Origin: a virus
Virus genome (UHGV): UHGV-0070058
DNA: 38,021 nucleotides
Direction: 5' to 3' (one strand)
Part shown: positions 1 to 8,193 of the stretch, one piece after another
Position numbering within the stretch: position 1 is the stretch's first letter
How the letters are laid out: each line of letters starts with the position of its first letter
Notes under the pieces: model-generated
Database searches by the model: none
Told to the model about the DNA's origin: nothing
Seen by the model: only the letters and a program-made list of their open reading frames with translations
Position numbers and translations under genes: made by a program

Positions 1-34
1 TGGGCCGCAGGTTCGAATCCTGCAGGGCGCGCCA
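1..34 (+). tRNA. argU: 3' fragment of tRNA-Arg (T-arm GGTTCGAATCC, acceptor 3' strand AGGGCGC, discriminator, CCA); prophage attL side
   Basis: Sequence GGGCCGCAGGTTCGAATCCTGCAGGGCGCGCCA matches the 3' end of E. coli tRNA-Arg(UCU) from memory; an integrase gene lies immediately adjacent and is transcribed toward it. Confidence 0.6.
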
Positions 35-49
35 TTACAATTCAATCAG

Positions 50-1213
50 TTACGCCTTCTTTATATCCTCCATAATTCCAGAGTGGGACATATTTGGGAC
101 ATTATCACCAAAAATGTCGTCTATTTTCCTCGCATGCTCTGTCAAATGATTAGGCGCAAGGTGAGCATACCTACGAACCATTTCTATGGACTCCCATCCG
201 CCCATTTCCTGAAGCACTGATAATGGGACGCCTGACTGAATCAGCCAGCTTGCCCAGGTGTGTCTGAGGTCATGGAAACGGAAATCTTCAATTCCTGCAC
301 GACGACAAGCTGATAGCCATGATGTCTTGCTGTCGATGCGCATCTTCCTGACCGCAGGCGTTGATGTTCCATCTGCTCGCTTAGCCGCCTTGGTATGTAC
401 AAACACCCATTTGTGATGCTTGCCTATTTGATCACGCAACACTTTACAGGCGGTATCGTTCAGCGCCACACCAATGGCGCGGTTTGATTTGCTCTCTTCT
501 GGATTCACCCAGGCAACTCGTCGCTGCATGTCGATTTGTTGCCATTCCAGATTTATGATGTTCGACTTTCTCAGACCAGTTGCCAGCGCAAACTTGACGA
601 CAGATTTCAGTGGTTCGGGGCACTCATCAATAAGGCGTTTTGCTTCCTCCTTTTCCAGCCATCTGACTCGCTTGTTTCTGACCGCTGGTATCTTGATGAC
701 AGGCGCTTTTTCCAGCCACTTCCAGTCGCGTTCTGCAGCACGGAGAATGGCCTTTATCATGGCAAGATGCTTTGCCTTTGTCTGAGTTGATACTGGCTTT
801 GGTTCATAAACAGGCAGTTCTTTACCTTTCCTGATGGCGGCCTGAACTTTCTGTTTCCATATTTCTTTCGTCTTTCTGTTATGCATTCTGCTTACAGCAG
901 AGTAAATCTTTGCCTCCGAGATATCTTTAAGCCTTATACCCTCAAAATGTTCAAGCCAGAACTCAATCCGGCTTTTATCTGAATCGAGAGATTTTTTATC
1001 AGCTTTTTCCTCAAGCCATCTTAGGCAGGCCTCTTCAAAAGTGACATCAGGTAAATCCCCTAGCTTTTCTACTCGCCAGAGTTCTGCTTTTCGCTTGTCG
1101 TGCAACTCCTGAGCTTGCCGCTTGTCCTTTGTGCCAAGAGATTCCTTAATTCGTTTCCCGCCCGGGAGCGAATACGAGGCATACCATATTTCATTTCTGC
1201 GGAAGAGTGACAT
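50..1213 (-). CDS. int: Tyrosine site-specific integrase (lambda Int family, DLP12 IntD-like)
   Basis: 387-aa ORF; C-terminal catalytic-region motifs (HDLRHT...W...Y); adjacent to the tRNA 3' end; recognised as IntD-like. Confidence 0.95.
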   Translation of the reverse strand: MSLFRRNEIWYASYSLPGGKRIKESLGTKDKRQAQELHDKRKAELWRVEKLGDLPDVTFEEACLRWLEEKADKKSLDSDKSRIEFWLEHFEGIRLKDISEAKIYSAVSRMHNRKTKEIWKQKVQAAIRKGKELPVYEPKPVSTQTKAKHLAMIKAILRAAERDWKWLEKAPVIKIPAVRNKRVRWLEKEEAKRLIDECPEPLKSVVKFALATGLRKSNIINLEWQQIDMQRRVAWVNPEESKSNRAIGVALNDTACKVLRDQIGKHHKWVFVHTKAAKRADGTSTPAVRKMRIDSKTSWLSACRRAGIEDFRFHDLRHTWASWLIQSGVPLSVLQEMGGWESIEMVRRYAHLAPNHLTEHARKIDDIFGDNVPNMSHSGIMEDIKKA

Positions 1214-1440
1214 TTTCTTTCCTCTGTTATGCCATCACCCGCGCTCACCTGGACAGTATGCAGCGGAGACTGAAGCGCCGCAATGCAGGCTTGCCGTGTT
1301 GTGAGGTAAGGAGATTTTGGCTTGGTTGGATCTTTACGTGTTGCCTGTAGGCGGCCTGTTCGTATCCAGTTGGTGGCGGTTGGTCTGGATATCTTAAGAA
1401 ACTGACAGGCTTCATCGAGTGTGAGGCTGTATGATTCCAT
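1069..1440 (-). CDS. xis: Excisionase (Xis, HTH DNA-binding)
   Basis: ATG at 1440 with GAGG Shine-Dalgarno ~9 nt upstream; N-terminal HTH-like segment [25 protein letters not shown]; 3' end overlaps int start by ~145 nt, so the C-terminal extent is uncertain. Confidence 0.7.
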   Translation of the reverse strand: MESYSLTLDEACQFLKISRPTATNWIRTGRLQATRKDPTKPKSPYLTTRQACIAALQSPLHTVQVSAGDGITEERKCHSSAEMKYGMPRIRSRAGNELRNLLAQRTSGKLRSCTTSEKQNSGE

Positions 1441-1690
1441 GGTTACCTCTGCTTTTTGAACGCATGTCACGTAACTTCTTAATGTGTTCTGCCGTTTCGA
1501 TCTCTTCTGCTATCCGATCTGCATCAGCTTTATTCACAGGTTCAAAGTCATGATTAAAGCGGAACATGCTGGCGATACATGTTCTGCCTTTTCGGATGTA
1601 GTGAACTTTGTTGTGGGTAGAACGCAGGATTTTGCAGGGAGTGCCGTGGTGGTCGACGTACCAGGTGTTAGGAAAAATGATTCTGAACAT
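1412..1690 (-). CDS. Hypothetical small phage protein (int-exo accessory region)
   Basis: 92-aa ORF co-oriented with the early-left operon; no family recognised. Confidence 0.45.
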   Translation of the reverse strand: MFRIIFPNTWYVDHHGTPCKILRSTHNKVHYIRKGRTCIASMFRFNHDFEPVNKADADRIAEEIETAEHIKKLRDMRSKSRGNHGIIQPHTR

Positions 1691-1737
1691 TTTTACACCT
1701 CAGTTGGACGATGTTGAAATTTGCTGCTTTGAGGCCA

Positions 1738-1956
1738 TCACAGTCCCCATTGTTTGTTCTTAAGTTCGATCTCCTCCTGGCAACTTGCACAAGTCCGACA
1801 ACCCTGAACAGCCAGGCGTCTTCGCTCATCTATCGGATCGCCACACTCACAACAATGAGTTGCGGATACAGTCTGGTAGTTCAGACGACGCATTTTTATT
1901 GCTGTATTGCGCTGTAATTCTTCGATTTCTGATGCTGAATCAATGATGTCTGTCAT
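1738..1956 (-). CDS. TraR/DksA-family C4 zinc-finger protein (lambda Orf73-like)
   Basis: 72 aa; CxxC...17 aa...CxxC motif (CCECGDPIDERRRLAVQGCRTCASC) typical of the TraR/DksA C4-type zinc finger; same location class as lambda orf73. Confidence 0.8.
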   Translation of the reverse strand: MTDIIDSASEIEELQRNTAIKMRRLNYQTVSATHCCECGDPIDERRRLAVQGCRTCASCQEEIELKNKQWGL

Positions 1957-2054
1957 CTTCCATTAATCCCTGAATTGTTGGTTAATACGCTTGAGGATGA
2001 ATGCGAACACTAAAAAAGGAGCCTGTAGCTCCCTGATGATTTTGCTTTTCATGT

Positions 2055-2270
2055 TCACCGTTCCTTAAAGACGCCGTTTAACATGCCGATCGCCAGGCTT
2101 AAATGAGTCGGTGTGAATCCCATCAGCGTTACCGTTTCGCGGTGCTTCTTTAGTACGCTACGGCAAATGTCATCGACGTTTTTATCCGGAAACTGCTGTC
2201 TGGCTTTTTTGATTTCAGAATTAGCCTGACGGGCAATGCTGCGAAGGGCGTTTTCCTGCTGAGGTGTCAT
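2055..2270 (-). CDS. Hypothetical small phage protein
   Basis: ATG verified at 2268-2270 (minus); 71 aa; the ORF track's longer upstream extension begins with a non-ATG codon. Confidence 0.4.
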   Translation of the reverse strand: MTPQQENALRSIARQANSEIKKARQQFPDKNVDDICRSVLKKHRETVTLMGFTPTHLSLAIGMLNGVFKER

Positions 2271-2346
2271 TGAACAAGTCCCATGTCGGCAAGCATAAGC
2301 ACACAGAATATGAAGCCCGCTGCCAGAAAAATGCATTCCGTGGTTG

Positions 2347-2904
2347 TCATGCAGCCTCCCGACGGGCAAGAATCCTTGAGCCGAACGCCATCAACTCTCC
2401 ACGATCAACGGTCGTAAAGTGGCAGTGTGTACGGGGGTATGGGTGCCAGATAATGAGCATCGAGCCTTTATTATTTCCACTGACGGGTTTCTCAGTGAGT
2501 GGGTTAATAAATGCCAGTCGTCCAGCCGTGATGAATCTGACCTCACTGGCGGTTTGTATCGCTTCATGAAACCATCCGACAGATGTGTCAGCAGGCAATA
2601 ACATTACACATCCCACACTACTGAATTTGTTTTCAGTGGCTGCCTTTTTCACAAAAGGGGAAATATTGCTGTATGGTGGATTCAACCAGACATAACCAGA
2701 GGCATATCCCATTGCTTCAGGCCATGAAGTGGTTAATGTGTTCTGCTCCTGTGAGATAAAAAGCCGACATAGTCGGTTTTTTTCGCTGGCGGCAGCATCA
2801 AGTTGAAAAACGAACTCTGCATTAAGCGCAGCAAAAATCTCTGGTGGTGTGCGCCAGCTGTCGCGATGTTCGGCAGGAGTATTGCTTCCGGTGAAATCAG
2901 TCAT
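2347..2904 (-). CDS. Phage orphan DNA N6-adenine methyltransferase (Dam-like, NPPY motif)
   Basis: 185 aa; motif WLNPPYS (motif IV of amino-methyltransferases); GGGGG Shine-Dalgarno upstream of the ATG; no adjacent restriction endonuclease gene. Confidence 0.85.
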   Translation of the reverse strand: MTDFTGSNTPAEHRDSWRTPPEIFAALNAEFVFQLDAAASEKNRLCRLFISQEQNTLTTSWPEAMGYASGYVWLNPPYSNISPFVKKAATENKFSSVGCVMLLPADTSVGWFHEAIQTASEVRFITAGRLAFINPLTEKPVSGNNKGSMLIIWHPYPRTHCHFTTVDRGELMAFGSRILARREAA

Positions 2905-3058
2905 ACAGCCCCCGTTTATTATTTATCTCCTCAGCCAGCCGCTGTGCTTTCAGGGGATTTCGGATAACAGAAAGGCCGGGAAATACCCAGCCTCGCTTTG
3001 TAACGGAGTAGACGAAAGTGATCGTGCCTACCCGGATATTATCGTGAGGATGCTTCAT
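2897..3058 (-). CDS. Hypothetical small protein translationally coupled between exo and the methyltransferase
   Basis: Manually translated 53-55 codon ORF ([55 protein letters not shown]); its ATG overlaps the exo stop (ATGA) and its stop overlaps the methyltransferase start (ATGACTGA). Confidence 0.4.
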   Translation of the reverse strand: MKHPHDNIRVGTITFVYSVTKRGWVFPGLSVIRNPLKAQRLAEEINNKRGLYD

Positions 3059-3735
3059 CGCCATTGCTCCCCAAATGCAAAACCAATTTCAGCCAGTGCC
3101 TCGTCCATTTTTTCGATGAACTCCGGCACCATCTCGTCAAAACTCGCCATGTACTTTTCATCCCGCTCAACCACGACATAATGCAGGCCTTCACGCTTCA
3201 TACGCGGGTCATAGTTGGCAAAGTACCAGGCATCTTTTCGCGTCACCCACATGCTGTACTGCACCTGGGCCATGTAAGCCGACTTTATGGCCTCGAAACC
3301 ACCGAGCCGGAACTTCATGAAATCCCGGGAGGTAAACGGGCATTTCAGCTCAAGGCCATTGCCGTCACTGCATAAACCATCGGGAGAGCAGGCGGTGCGC
3401 ATACTTTCGTCGCGATAGATGATCGGGGATTCAATAACATTTACGCCGGAAGTGAACTCAAACAGGGTTCTGGCGTCGTTCTCGTACTGTTTTCCCCAGG
3501 CCAGCGCTTTAGCGTTAACTTCCGGAGCCACACCGGTGCAAACCTCAGCCAGCAGGGTGTGGAAGTAGGACATTTTCATGTCAGGCCACTTCTTTCCTGA
3601 TCGGGGCTTTGCTATCACGTTGTGAACTTCTGAAGCGGTGATGACGCCGAGTCGTAATTTGTGCCATGCATCATCCCCCTGTTCGACAGCTCTCACGTCG
3701 ATCCCGGTACGCTGCAGGATAATGTCCGGTGTCAT
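3055..3735 (-). CDS. exo: Lambda exonuclease (Red-alpha, 5'-3' dsDNA exonuclease)
   Basis: 226-aa protein recognised as near-identical to lambda Exo ([40 protein letters not shown]...). Confidence 0.97.
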   Translation of the reverse strand: MTPDIILQRTGIDVRAVEQGDDAWHKLRLGVITASEVHNVIAKPRSGKKWPDMKMSYFHTLLAEVCTGVAPEVNAKALAWGKQYENDARTLFEFTSGVNVIESPIIYRDESMRTACSPDGLCSDGNGLELKCPFTSRDFMKFRLGGFEAIKSAYMAQVQYSMWVTRKDAWYFANYDPRMKREGLHYVVVERDEKYMASFDEMVPEFIEKMDEALAEIGFAFGEQWR

Positions 3736-4517
3736 GCTGCCACCTTCTGCTCAGTGGCTTTCTGTTTCAGGAATCCAAGAGCTTTCACTGCTTCGGCCTG
3801 TGTCAGTTCTGACGATGCGCGAATGTCGCGGCGAAATATCTGGGAACAGAGCGGCAATAAGTCGTCATCCCATGTTTTATCCAGGGCGATCAGCAGAGTG
3901 TTAATCTCCTGCATGGTTTCATCGTTAACCGGAGTGATGTCGCGTTCTGGCTGACGTTCTGCAGTGTATGCAGTATTTTCGACAATGCGCTCGGCTTCAT
4001 CCTTGTCATAGATACCAGCAAATCCGAAGGCCAGACGGGCACACTGAATCATGGCTTTATGCCGTAACATCCGTTTGGGATGCGACTGCCACGGCCCGGT
4101 GATTTCTCTGCCTTCGCGGGTTTTGAATGGTTCGCGACGGCATTCATCCATCCATTCGGTAACGCAGATCGGATGATTACGGTCCTTGCGGTAAATCCGG
4201 CATGTACAGGATTCATTGTCCTGCTCAAAGTCCATGCCATCAAACTGCTGGTTTTCATTGATGATGCGGGACCAGCCATCAACGCCCACCACCGGAACGA
4301 TGCCGTTCTGCTTATCAGGGAAGGCGTAAATTTCTTTCGTCCACGGATTAAGGCCGTATTGGTTGGCGACGATCAGCAATGCGATGAACTGCGCATCGCT
4401 GGCATCGCCTTTAAATGCTGTCTGGCGAAGAGTGGTGATCAGTTCCTGTGGGTCGACAGAATCCATGCCGACACGTTCAGCCAGCTTCCCAGCCAGCGTT
4501 GCGAGTGCTGTACTCAT
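3732..4517 (-). CDS. bet: Bet (Red-beta) single-strand annealing protein
   Basis: 261-aa protein recognised as lambda Bet; overlaps the exo start as in lambda. Confidence 0.97.
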   Translation of the reverse strand: MSTALATLAGKLAERVGMDSVDPQELITTLRQTAFKGDASDAQFIALLIVANQYGLNPWTKEIYAFPDKQNGIVPVVGVDGWSRIINENQQFDGMDFEQDNESCTCRIYRKDRNHPICVTEWMDECRREPFKTREGREITGPWQSHPKRMLRHKAMIQCARLAFGFAGIYDKDEAERIVENTAYTAERQPERDITPVNDETMQEINTLLIALDKTWDDDLLPLCSQIFRRDIRASSELTQAEAVKALGFLKQKATEQKVAA

Positions 4518-4522
4518 CCGTT

Positions 4523-4819
4523 TTATACCTCTGAATCAATATCAACCTGGTGGTGAGCAATGGTTTCAACCATGTACCGGATGTGTTCTGCCATGCGCTC
4601 CTGAAACTCAACATCGTCATCAAACGCACGGGTAATGGCTTTTTTGCTGGCCCCGTGGCGTTGCAAATGATCGATGCATAGCGATTCAAACAGGTGCTGG
4701 GGCAGGCCTTTTGCCATATCGTCTGCCAGTTCTGCCTCTTTCTCTTCACGGGCGATCTGCTGGTAGTGACGCGCCCAGCTCTGAGCCTCAAGACGATCCT
4801 GAATGTAATAAGCGTTCAT
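4523..4819 (-). CDS. gam: Gam, RecBCD inhibitor (short form)
   Basis: 98-aa protein recognised as lambda GamS ([21 protein letters not shown]...[10 protein letters not shown]). Confidence 0.95.
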   Translation of the reverse strand: MNAYYIQDRLEAQSWARHYQQIAREEKEAELADDMAKGLPQHLFESLCIDHLQRHGASKKAITRAFDDDVEFQERMAEHIRYMVETIAHHQVDIDSEV

Positions 4820-4894
4820 GGCTGAACTCCTGAAAATGGCTGTGAAAATATCGCCCGCGAAATGCCAGGCTGATTAGGAAAACAGGAAAGGGGA

Positions 4895-5185
4895 TTAGTG
4901 ATTCAGGCCGTTACCGCGTCCGTCGAGAAAAACTTCCACGAGCAAATCACGGGTATAAGTGCGCTCGATGCCGCGATGCAGATATAGCCGTCCGCGTAAA
5001 TTAGCTGATGCAGTCCAGGTACCATCTTTGTGTTTGACCAGCATTCCTGGCATGACCGCGCTGCGATTAACGGTCTGCGTTCCGTAATGTTGATGAACCA
5101 TAAAAACTCCTGCCCGTAAGCTGGGCTGCTGAACATATAGAGACTTCTGCGCGTATTCAGGCGGTGGATGGCCGCCGGTTGTCAT
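4895..5185 (-). CDS. Hypothetical protein in the kil/cIII/N position of the early-left operon
   Basis: 96-aa ORF with GAGG Shine-Dalgarno upstream; first gene downstream of the presumed pL leader; not arginine-rich and not N-like. Confidence 0.45.
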   Translation of the reverse strand: MTTGGHPPPEYAQKSLYVQQPSLRAGVFMVHQHYGTQTVNRSAVMPGMLVKHKDGTWTASANLRGRLYLHRGIERTYTRDLLVEVFLDGRGNGLNH

Positions 5186-5379
5186 AACTAAGCCGCCTCG
5201 TTGAAGCGACTAAGGTATGAAATGTTGAGTTGATTTCAGCTGGTCACACCGACGTTCACGCGTCCGTTTCACCCCTCGCACTCCCCGGAGCCTGCCGAAA
5301 TTCAAGCTGCGGATCTAAGCGGTCATCGCAACGGTGAATCAGGTGGTTGCCGTATCGTTGTGTTGTTGCGACATGGTAA

Positions 5380-5500
5380 TAATAGCCATTGCTATTGGTG
5401 GTATCAATACTTATAGCTATTGATTGATGTGTTTTGATATTAACTGTTTGATAGCAAAAAGAATTAATTTTGTGACTTGCATCGCATAGCGATAACTGAA
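5380..5500. promoter_or_regulatory. Putative OL/pL operator-promoter region
   Basis: AT-rich non-coding stretch at the left boundary of the immunity region containing ATTGCTATT-type motifs shared with the cI-cro intergenic region, plus palindromes TCAATActtatagcTATTGA and ATCGCATAGCGAT. Confidence 0.4.
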
Positions 5501-5542
5501 GGGAGGTTGTGGTGGTTTTTTGAACGGTGTGTGATGAGGGGA

Positions 5543-5574
5543 GGCAAAAGAAAACCCGGCACGACGGCCGGGGA
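5543..5574 (-). terminator. Rho-independent terminator downstream of the rex-slot gene
   Basis: On the minus strand, hairpin CCCGGCC-loop-GGCCGGG followed by a TTTTCTTTT tract, immediately 3' of the stop at 5577. Confidence 0.6.
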
Positions 5575-5576
5575 AA

Positions 5577-6440
5577 TCATTTCGCATCTACAATAAATAA
5601 CCTGTTTATCTGGCCTTTTTTAACAGTAGCCTTTGCGGTTATAGTGAATACTGCAGATGGATCACCTTTGGTTGATATATATGCACTAAGAGCTCTAATA
5701 TACGGGTTATTCTTCTTTCCTGCAGCTGGATCGCTAATTTCAGCAGTGATTCTCTTTTTTGAGTCATCACCATCTAAAATTATTTTAGCTGTCATATTTT
5801 GTGCATCAAATTCTGTAAGAAAAGCACGATACTCACGAAGACCGAGAACTTCATCATCATCAAGCCTATCAATTTCAGCTTTATCTCTCTCGTTAACTTT
5901 TAGAAGGCAGCCGTCAACATTTGTTGCAACACTTATCTGATCGCAAGTATTACCAATAGGTGATACTGCCTGCCTTACAGAGGGGCGAAGCTCTACAGCC
6001 ATTCGGTCAATCAAAGAGATCAACTTATCAATGGTTCCAGCATCCTTGTTTCCTAGTGCCTCTATGGCCTTTTCAAGTGACTGCTGCAAAGCTTTCATTT
6101 CATCTTTCTTGTTAGAATTTCTCGCAAAAATATATTGTAGTATTGCGCCAAGTATAGTTGCGGCGATCCCCGAGAACAACTGGTTCTGAGTGGCGAAGTT
6201 AAGAACTGCTTCAAGAGTAAAGCAGTTAGCTTTTGCTTCGCGTGCGTAAACCTTAACTTCCTGATAATTAATGTATTTACTATATTTTTGTGTAACAGAG
6301 AAAGAAGCTGCTGTTGAGAGAACTTTAGAAAAACCCTTTAGGGATTCTCCTAGGCAGTTCAAATCTATTTCATGATTTAAAGCATCTTTTCCGTCATACC
6401 TAAGAGAGATTTTTATATCCTGTAAAGCGTCACAATCCAT
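5577..6440 (-). CDS. Unknown membrane-anchored protein in the rexAB position; candidate prophage-encoded exclusion/abortive-infection factor
   Basis: 287-aa ORF, markedly AT-rich; 66 bp downstream of and co-oriented with the repressor gene; one hydrophobic segment [19 protein letters not shown] at about residue 100; no resemblance to RexA/RexB recognised. Confidence 0.6.
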   Translation of the reverse strand: MDCDALQDIKISLRYDGKDALNHEIDLNCLGESLKGFSKVLSTAASFSVTQKYSKYINYQEVKVYAREAKANCFTLEAVLNFATQNQLFSGIAATILGAILQYIFARNSNKKDEMKALQQSLEKAIEALGNKDAGTIDKLISLIDRMAVELRPSVRQAVSPIGNTCDQISVATNVDGCLLKVNERDKAEIDRLDDDEVLGLREYRAFLTEFDAQNMTAKIILDGDDSKKRITAEISDPAAGKKNNPYIRALSAYISTKGDPSAVFTITAKATVKKGQINRLFIVDAK

Positions 6441-6506
6441 AAATCGCTCTCGTCTAATTCTAATTAAATTTACTATCCCCTAAACGACTCATCAGCACAG
6501 TACTGA

Positions 6507-7199
6507 TTATCCATGTTTCCTGTACGTCTGGGGCATGCTCCCAATAACCTTACCGAAGATGAACACCCGGTTCATCTCGTCTTTCTCGATCGGGTCCCAC
6601 GGTGAGTAGCTCTTGTTATCAGAGATAACCAGCAGCTTATCCTTCATCATTTGCAGGCGCTTTACATGGGCGGTGTCGTCGTACAGAAACGCATAGATGC
6701 CATCACCGTCGAAAGATTTAACCGTGATATCAACGAACAGCAGATCACCTGGTTCGATCGTTCCTGACATGCTGTCACCACGCACGTTAATGATGCGGAT
6801 ATTTTCTGCCTTCCTACCATCGAACATGTGACGAGCATCGTCAAACGAGTACTCAACCGAGCGTAGAACTTCTACAAACTCACGGTTGATGACTCCCGGC
6901 CCGGCACTCACTTCTATATCAAGAACGTCAATCTTGAAGTATTTGGGATGGTTGGCAGTAGGCTTCCCTAATTGTTGACCGTCATTTCTCATCGGGCCTA
7001 TGCCTGATGAGAGCCACTCTGTTCGAACACCCAATGCATTAGCTATTTCAACAATTTTTGTTGAGCCGCGCGCGTTGCCGCTTGTCAGTCTCCAGATTGT
7101 GGGTTGAGCTACGCCAGACGCCTTTGCAAGAGCGCCTTGAGACATTCCAGATTGTTCCATCGCTAGGTTTAAGCGATCAGCAAGAGTTTCTTTTTTCAT
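6507..7199 (-). CDS. cI: CI-like prophage repressor (N-terminal XRE-type HTH + C-terminal S24 LexA-like autopeptidase)
   Basis: HTH segment QGALAKASGVAQPTIWRL; Ala-Gly cleavage site (VSAGPG); Ser (GDSMSG) and Lys (HVKRL) catalytic dyad. ATG at 7199 preferred; the track's 7235 start is a TTG codon. Possibly leaderless. Confidence 0.85.
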   Translation of the reverse strand: MKKETLADRLNLAMEQSGMSQGALAKASGVAQPTIWRLTSGNARGSTKIVEIANALGVRTEWLSSGIGPMRNDGQQLGKPTANHPKYFKIDVLDIEVSAGPGVINREFVEVLRSVEYSFDDARHMFDGRKAENIRIINVRGDSMSGTIEPGDLLFVDITVKSFDGDGIYAFLYDDTAHVKRLQMMKDKLLVISDNKSYSPWDPIEKDEMNRVFIFGKVIGSMPQTYRKHG

Positions 7200-7309
7200 A
7201 AGTTTTAATTTATACGCTTGCGTATTGATGGTCAAAACACGTTTTGCTATTGTTATGATTAATACGCATTGCTATTATTTATTCGTTGCAATACCAATAG
7301 GAATTGATA
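7200..7309. promoter_or_regulatory. Putative OR operator / pRM-pR divergent promoter region between cI and cro
   Basis: Divergent repressor/cro arrangement; palindromes ATACGCTTGCGTAT (7211-7224) and CAAAACACGTTTTG (7233-7246); repeated TTGCTATT motifs. Confidence 0.5.
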
Positions 7310-7537
7310 ATGACAAATCAAACCATTCAACTCGCAATCAGTATTACAGGTAGTCAAAAACGACTGGCAGATCTATGCGGTGTAGCCCAACCCACTGTTT
7401 GGCGTTGGCTACACGGTGGCGGAATTGATGCCCGCTATGTAATGAAAATTGTCTCAGCCACTGGTGGAAAGATTAAACCAGCAGATATTCGTCCCGACCT
7501 CGCACCATTGTTTAACGCGAGTAATTCTGCCGCCTAA
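7310..7537 (+). CDS. cro: Cro-like HTH repressor
   Basis: ATG at 7310 with AGGA Shine-Dalgarno 9 nt upstream; HTH segment QKRLADLCGVAQPTVWRWL; divergent from cI. Confidence 0.8.
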   Translation: MTNQTIQLAISITGSQKRLADLCGVAQPTVWRWLHGGGIDARYVMKIVSATGGKIKPADIRPDLAPLFNASNSAA

Positions 7538-7561
7538 ACTGCGGCGTTAACTGATAAGGCA

Positions 7562-8107
7562 ATGACTATGCAACCACTTACATACCAACAGACTAGCGGA
7601 TTTAGCCCGACTGCGGTGATAAATCGTTCTCAAACAAAACAAGCTCCAGGCCACGAAAAAATCCGTGATGCCGTCCGCGCCTGGTCGGCTGCAGATAATC
7701 AGGATGTTGTTGCCGCACTCATTGTGAATGAGTATCGGGAGCAGGGCGGCGGCACCATCGATTTCCCTGATGATGTCAGCCGTGCACGCCAGAAGCTGTT
7801 CCGCTTCCTCGATAACAAATTCGATTCTGAAAAATACCGAAATAACGTGCGTGAACTGACCCCGGCAATTCTGGCGGTACTACCGCTGGAATATCGCGGT
7901 TACCTGGTTGAGCAGGATAGCTTTATGGCTAGGTTGGCTGAAATGGAAAAGGAACTCAGTGAGGCAAAACAGGCTGTCATTCTCAACGCACCACGCCACC
8001 AGAAACTGAAGGAGATGAGTGAAGGCATTGTGTCGATGTTTCGAGTGGACCCGGATCTGGCTGGTCCATTGATGGCGATGGTCACCACCATGCTGGGGGC
8101 AATATGA
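7562..8107 (+). CDS. YdaT-family protein (DUF1019) occupying the cII position
   Basis: Segments EYREQGGG and LTPAILAVLPLEYRGY resemble Rac-prophage YdaT as recalled; follows a Cro-like gene as ydaS-ydaT does. Confidence 0.6.
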   Translation: MTMQPLTYQQTSGFSPTAVINRSQTKQAPGHEKIRDAVRAWSAADNQDVVAALIVNEYREQGGGTIDFPDDVSRARQKLFRFLDNKFDSEKYRNNVRELTPAILAVLPLEYRGYLVEQDSFMARLAEMEKELSEAKQAVILNAPRHQKLKEMSEGIVSMFRVDPDLAGPLMAMVTTMLGAI

Positions 8108-8193
8108 CAGGTTCAAAAATGGCGAAAGTCGGTCTGCGGGAACAGAACCGACTTTCAGGTGCAAATCGTAACACACTCATTGCGGGAGGAATT

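Noticed and set aside
474-790. Plus-strand ORFs 474-785 and 536-790
   Set aside because: Entirely antisense to the integrase gene; Cys/Phe-rich low-complexity translations typical of spurious antisense frames.
5222-5290. Arg-rich mini-ORF (VRGVKRTRERRCDQ...) in the pL leader as a possible N-like antiterminator
   Set aside because: Only ~22 codons, GTG start and no Shine-Dalgarno; far shorter than any N-family protein. Mentioned in a finding but not called as a gene.
5577-6440. Possibility that the gene downstream of cI is rexA (similar length, ~280 aa)
   Set aside because: The protein shows no resemblance to lambda RexA as I recall it and there is no rexB-like polytopic membrane gene next to it; treated as an unrelated, uncharacterised gene.
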